Source: Prorocentrum cordatum
Lineage: Eukaryota
Length of the DNA: 53,849 nt
NCBI GenBank assembly: GCA_963575745.1
Contig: CAUYUJ010000285.1
Location: 62,001-115,849, forward strand
Direction: 5' to 3'
In this document: one piece after another, positions 48,714-53,849 of the stretch
Layout: each line of letters opens with the position of its first letter
Position numbering within the stretch: the stretch's first letter is position 1
Translations under genes and position numbers: made by a program
Notes under the pieces: model-generated
Databases searched by the model: none
The model's input: only the letters and a program-made list of their open reading frames with translations
What the model was told of the DNA's origin: nothing

Positions 48714-50833
48714 GCGGTCACGCCGCTCGCTGACAGTGCCGACGGTCAGCAGTCGGAAAGCGAGTCAGGGGACGATGAGCCCATGGAGCGCTCTTCGGCT
48801 CGTCCCAGCGCTGCTTTTAAGCATTCTAAAGCTGGGCTGTCGCATGTCGGTGCGCGTGTACATAGCTTTCTCGCTCGCGATGATTTGCATCGCCTAGATC
48901 CATGGGATCACTTGGAGTGGGCGTCGGCCTTGCCTGTTTGCGCAGAAGTTCCTCTTTTGCCGCACTTTTTGGAAAAAGGCTGCGACCGCGTGACAAGATT
49001 GACCCCTGCAGAATTGCACTCGGCTCGTAAATCAGCGCTCGCTTACTGGTCGGAGAGGAAGCGAGTGACGGAGCCCTGCTGGCAACGCGCGTTCGCGCAG
49101 CTGCCAGCGCACTGCCAAGGTGTGTTAGGGCCCCGGAAAAATCTTTTTCTCCTTAGCGAGATGCTTGAGTCCATCAGCTGGCCAGACGCCACGCTGATTA
49201 GCAATTTAATGCACGGTTTTCCTCTTGTCGGCTTGCTCCCAGCGAGTGGGATGCGCGTTCCGACAGGGAACGCAGCGCCGGAGGTAACCAAAGCTGCTCT
49301 ATTGGCCACTGCGAGCGTTCAGAACAGACGCATTTTGCGGCGATCGTCTTTGCCACTCGGGATGGACAGATCTGTCTGCGAAGTTTTTGCTTCTGCATGC
49401 GACCGGGAGGTCGCGGACGGCAAGGCTAGAATGCGTCCGTTGAACATAGAAACTTGTGTTTTAACCCCGAGATTCCCAATCGTGCAAGGTTGGAAGACCG
49501 TAGGCTGGGAAACGTTTCCCAAAGTTAGATGCATCGATGATTTTTCTGCGTCGCGCATCAATGAAGGCACGCAAGTATCCGAGAAGATGCTTCCCGAAAC
49601 GCTAGACTCACTTGTAGCGCTGGTGTTGAAGCTCACAAAATCAAGAACAATGCGCATTCGTTGGCGCAAAGATGATTTTGTGCAAGCCTTCAAGACACTA
49701 CCAATATGCAGCTCTCACCTTCCATTGGCAGTTGTCGTGTGGCAGGAGGCGTTGGCTAAAGACCAGTGTCTCCAGCTCCTGGCAATGCCCTTTGGCTCTT
49801 CCGCCTCCGTGTCCGCCTGGGAGCGGTTCGGTTTGGCAATTCAGGGCGTGCTTGCGCAGATTTTCCTAGTGCTGTACCTTCGCTTCGTCGACGATCTGTT
49901 TTCGGGCGACGCGATGGAAGAGCAAATAGATGTTGGCGGAGACCCTCTGACGGGCCCTGCTGGCACTGCCAAGCTGGCCAGGTACGTAATTTCAGATCTT
50001 CTCGGCTGGGATTTGGATGCCGCCAAGGCTGTCACAGAACAGCCATCGGCCACCATTCTCGGCGTCGGCGTTCGTTTTGATGACGCCCGGCAAGAGATAG
50101 TTTTTGACGTGGGTCCGGAGAAGCTCGAGTTGTGGAGCTCCCAAATCGTCAGGGCCCTCAAAGCGGGCGCGTTGCCGCCGGCAGAAGCGCAGAAGCTGGC
50201 CTTGCGTTTGAGTTGGGGTGCCAGCTCAGTTTTTGGCAAGGGGGCGCGTGCTCCGCTGGCAACTTTGTTCTTTCATGGCGCAGGCCGCACCAGCCGTCTC
50301 ACTGCGAGGACGAGGCTCGCGCTCATATGGTGGCGTAAGTTTTTGCAATCGCCACCCTCGCGGCGTGTACCGCTGCAACTCCGCGAGCGCCAGCGGTGCA
50401 TTTTGTACAGCGACGCAACCGGCACTGGCATGATGGCGTGGGTGCTGCACGCTCCTTTCGCCAAAGTCTGGGCCGCCACCAGGGTGCCCGACAGCGCTCG
50501 CCAATGGGCACACTGGCGAAAGAACCAAATCGGCACCTGGGAGCTGATGGCAGCGATCTGCGCATTGAAATGGATTTTAAGCATTGGCCAAGCAGATCTC
50601 GAGATCATCTGCTTCGTCGATAACAAAAGCGCATTGGGTGCGCTTGTGCGAGGTTGCTCGCGGAAGTCCGATTGGAATTGTCTGATTGGCAATCTGTGGC
50701 TTCTCGTCGCCGACAAGGCGCAGATGCCCCCACACGGCCGTCTGAGAAGGCAGAGCAAATTGCCGAGCTGCAGGCGCGAAATTTTCAACGCGTTGAGTGG
50801 CTGTTTCCGCCGGATGCACCCTGGGGCGGCTGA
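48714..50833 (+). CDS. pol: Element D pol (RT + RNase H), in frame with gag after TGA; small deletion/frameshift near 50722
   Basis: KVRCIDDF, RKDDFVQAFKTLP, MPFGSSAS, RFVDD, YSDATG, TWEL, FVDN. The VPSxxNLA segment is missing; DAPTR...PWGG* resumes in another frame. Confidence 0.88.
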
Positions 50834-50905
50834 GAAAAAAGTGAAACAATAACATGTGCACAGGTTCTGATTGGAGGAAGAATGCCATGCGCCAGTCTTG
50901 CCTTC

Positions 50906-50923
50906 TCCGTAGTATCGGCTCAA
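50906..50923 (+). promoter_or_regulatory. SL-like motif abutting the D YR ATG
   Basis: tccgtag-tatc-ggctcaa keeps both ends of the SL. Confidence 0.62.
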
Positions 50924-52431
50924 TGCTTAGTTTTGTAAACGAGAGCCGAAGCAAGCGTCTGCGTGCTGAAGGTGCCCCGCCAGGGCAGCCGAGCGATGTG
51001 AACTCGGTTTTCGCTTGCGTGCTGCAGGGCGTGGCTGGCGTGAATATGGTTGATATCTCTGGTCTTTGCGAAGCTCTGGAGAACGGTGGCTTCCAGCATT
51101 TGTCTGATTTGGGCGGCTTGGAAGCAAATGAATTGGTAGATCTCGTCCCTGCGTTTTCTGGACAGAACGTTGCGCTCGTCAAAGCCTTCTTGGCGCAGTG
51201 TCAGCGCCAGGCCGACCGAGAGTTAGCGGCCGCGGCGTGCCGACAGGCAACGCTCACCGAGGCTGCCTCGTCCTCTTCAGGGGCTGGGGCAGAGGCGCAA
51301 ACCCGAGTTGCGACCCAAAGCGATCCACGTGAGGCAGCCAACGACGAGCAAGGTCGTGCTGGCTTGATCTTGCTTGGTGAATCGCGCCGTGCTCGCGTTG
51401 TTCCCGAACCTCCTGTGCTAGCAGCCGCGCTGGCGGCCGCCGCCCGCTGCAATTGCTATCCAGGGGCGGAGCCAATTGGCAGGCCCCGTGAAGAAGTCAA
51501 ACGTGCACGTCGCGATGTTCCTGGCGGAGATCATCTCCATCTCCACACTCTGTGGGTCGAGTTCGCTGCCTGGCGAAAAAGTGCTCCACAATACGCTTCC
51601 GCCGTCCGCTTGTGGGGCGAAGCTGCCAAGGCCATTTCGGCGCCCAGCTGGCCACCGTCCGAATCTGTTCTCAATGCCTTTGTGGGGTTATTCCGTAATG
51701 GGAACAGTTTGCAAAAATATGTTTCTCATGTTCGCAGTGTGCTCTACCTATTGCAGGCCCCTCTCGGTGTTCTCGACGACACAGAAAGGCTGGCCAGGGG
51801 TGCCGAGAAAATTACCCGAGACGTATTCAGGAGAGTGAAGATCCGGGCGACGGCGGAAGAAACCAAACTCATCCGCAAGTGGTGCGCTGAAGCTGGATAT
51901 CCGCTGTTGGCGGCGTCGTGGGTGATCGCTCGCCAATTTTGTTTGCGTTACTCTGAGTTGCTGCTCCTCGGGTCAAATGTTGTGACATTCCGCTTCAGCG
52001 GCGATGAACGCAAAACCTGTGTCATTCGTTTCGCGCATCGCAAATGTTACAACGAACCGTGTGAGACAACCAGACGTTGTATTTGTCAGCTGCAAGGGCG
52101 CTCCTTGTGTGGCGTCTGCGAATTATTCTCTGTAGGAGCAGCAGTGTCGGTCCCCTTCGCAAGCGTGCAATATGCCGACGCTCTTGCTGTTCTCAAACTT
52201 GCAGCAGCCGCTTTGCAGTTGCGGAGTGCTGCGGCCTGGGGCACGCACGCTTTCAGGCGAGGCTTTGCCGACGAGGCGCTCCAACAAGGAGGGCCCGCAG
52301 CTTTGTTTTCTAGTGGTGGTTGGAAGGGCGTGGCGGCTTTCGGTTACGTCAGCGCCCAAAGTCGCGGTGCTTTGTCGGCGGTCGAATGGCTAGTTGACCA
52401 CTCCGACTCAAGTGACGGCGAGCAAGCCTGA
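50923..52431 (+). CDS. Element D tyrosine recombinase (502 aa, intact)
   Basis: Starts MLSFVNESR; FCLRYSE, WGTHAFRRG, GGWKG, FGYV. Confidence 0.9.
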   Translation: MLSFVNESRSKRLRAEGAPPGQPSDVNSVFACVLQGVAGVNMVDISGLCEALENGGFQHLSDLGGLEANELVDLVPAFSGQNVALVKAFLAQCQRQADRELAAAACRQATLTEAASSSSGAGAEAQTRVATQSDPREAANDEQGRAGLILLGESRRARVVPEPPVLAAALAAAARCNCYPGAEPIGRPREEVKRARRDVPGGDHLHLHTLWVEFAAWRKSAPQYASAVRLWGEAAKAISAPSWPPSESVLNAFVGLFRNGNSLQKYVSHVRSVLYLLQAPLGVLDDTERLARGAEKITRDVFRRVKIRATAEETKLIRKWCAEAGYPLLAASWVIARQFCLRYSELLLLGSNVVTFRFSGDERKTCVIRFAHRKCYNEPCETTRRCICQLQGRSLCGVCELFSVGAAVSVPFASVQYADALAVLKLAAAALQLRSAAAWGTHAFRRGFADEALQQGGPAALFSSGGWKGVAAFGYVSAQSRGALSAVEWLVDHSDSSDGEQA

Positions 52432-53510
52432 CTGTGGCATCGTGTGCGTGGGGTTGTAAAACCAATAGGAACAGGAAGCGGTCCTCACGATGTACCCCTG
52501 CCAGGCGCTGCCGCGCGGTCCGTCGCCTTCTGGTGCATTGGGAGCCCAAGGGCGGTATCCCAGAAGGCTCCTGCCAGCCAGGCAGCGCCGTTCACACGCC
52601 CTATGCTGGCGCAAGGACGCCGGCCATTCTACAGTGGGCCTGGCTACCGCAATGGTTTTCATGATTCATAAACTCGTTTATGCTGCAGGAAAACCGTGAG
52701 GAGCAGCCCCACGTGTGTTTGCCTCCACTCCTCAATTCCTGCACGCTCAATGCCTGCGCAGCGGGCTGCGGTGTCGGCGGCCGGCGGTTTCTGCGCGAAG
52801 CGGCGGAAGTATGCTCACCTTGCTCTGTTCGTGTGTACTCTGGTGCGGTCTCGCATGGCGGTTCGCCCGCGCTGCTCGGGTCTCGTCTGCTGGGCCGATC
52901 GTGTCTCGCAGTTCTTCTGTTGCTGCTCCCGTGCGCTGGCTCCTTGAAGCCAGATCGAGAATGCTCGCTGATACGAGCAGCGGCAAAACAAAACTCGCTG
53001 ACAGCGGCTGCACAAACAAGACAGGCTCCCTGATAGGAGCGGCGCGTTCGAAGCTCCCTGAAAGGAGCTGCGCCTGCGTGCTCCCTGATAGGAGCCAGCG
53101 GCGCCTAGCGCTCCCTGAAAGGAGCTGCGCCTGAAAGGAGCTGCGCCTGTGCGCTCCTCGACAGGAGCGCTGCCCACCAGAGCTCCTTCCTGTGCTCCCT
53201 GACAGGAGCAGCACCCCCAGGCTCCCTGAAAGGAGCTACGCTTGTGTGCTCCCAGACAGGAGCGGCCCCCCCAAAGCTCTATAGCAGGAGTCGCGCCTGC
53301 GTGCCTCCTGGGGCGGTTCCGTGGCGCTGCGCCGGCGCGCCCGCGAGCCCACATGGCGCGCGCTTCCCGCCTCGCGGCAAAAGCCACCATGTGGCCGAAA
53401 ATGCGGAGCAGCGTGCCCTGCCAGGTTGCTAGCAGCCAAACCCTAGGGAAAGGCGAAGCGCCGAACAGTTTGCCGAAGGGCAGGGACTGCTTGCAGCTAC
53501 CGCTGCGAAC

Positions 53511-53645
53511 AGGGGTCATCGGCATTGCCCTTGCCAGGTTGCCTCGCCCAAGCCGTGCACAGGGGTCCTCGGCATTGCCCATGTCAGGTTGCCTCGCCCA
53601 TGGCTGAAATGAGAATCATCGGCATTGCCCATGTCAGGTTGCCTC
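53511..53645. repeat. Three ~50-bp tandem units in the C 5' region
   Basis: tcggcattgccc.tg.caggttgcctc three times. Confidence 0.8.
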
Positions 53646-53849
53646 CTCTCCATCTCGCCGGCAAAACCTGCGATGAGGAGCGCCAGCAAAACCGAACACC
53701 GAGCAGCCGGCACCAAGAAGACCGCCCCCAGCGGCCCACCGAGGGAGCGCGCCGCCAGTGACCAACACCGCGGGCACCATGGCCGCGAGCACACGGCCAC
53801 CGAGCCCCCGAAAGGGAACTGCGGCGCCACCGCCCCCAAGGGCAAAGAC

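Larger units (their letters stand above)
46183..53342 (+). mobile_element. Element D: family-2 YR retrotransposon, A1...B1-A2, with B2 missing
   Basis: A1 46183-47060 matches A2 52656-53342, which lacks ~200 bp of the internal array; gag, pol and YR lie between. Confidence 0.88.
39502..53849 (-). mobile_element. Element C: family-2 YR retrotransposon interrupted by D in its 5' region; 5' repeat runs off the window
   Basis: B2 39502-39591 = B1 40129-40218 (90 bp, 1 mismatch). 39645-39806 (part of A2) = 53688-53849. Gag, pol and YR are on the minus strand at 40320-45523. Confidence 0.8.

Noticed and set aside
46183..53342. D as a classical LTR (Ty3/Ty1) element because of its long direct repeats
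   Set aside because: No integrase or protease, no TG...CA ends; it has a YR, and its relatives show split direct repeats.

Overview
Eukaryotic, repeat-dominated DNA. It is most consistent with a dinoflagellate (Prorocentrum-like) nuclear genome, inferred from spliced-leader-like motifs and the microsatellite landscape. No host gene can be supported. About 1-18.9 kb and 25.2-31 kb consist of microsatellites, minisatellites, dispersed repeats and two small TIR elements. The coding content comes from five tyrosine-recombinase (YR; DIRS order, Ngaro/PAT-type split-direct-repeat) retrotransposons. E1 (18903-25173, +) is essentially complete: small TM ORF, gag-like ORF, RT-RNaseH, YR and a C5 DNA-methyltransferase domain. 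Four related elements of a second family form a nest from ~30984 to beyond the window end: A (+) is interrupted by B (-, internally deleted) and C (-), and C is interrupted by D (+). Three recurring features stand out. (1) A degenerate copy of the 22-nt dinoflagellate spliced leader lies just upstream of seven element ORFs, including the internal YR ORFs. (2) In all three gag-bearing family-2 elements, pol follows gag in frame across a single AAG-TGA-G stop with a 3' stem-loop, suggesting readthrough. (3) Every visible circle junction folds into an asymmetric hairpin reminiscent of integron attC sites. All alignments were done by eye; no database searches were run.
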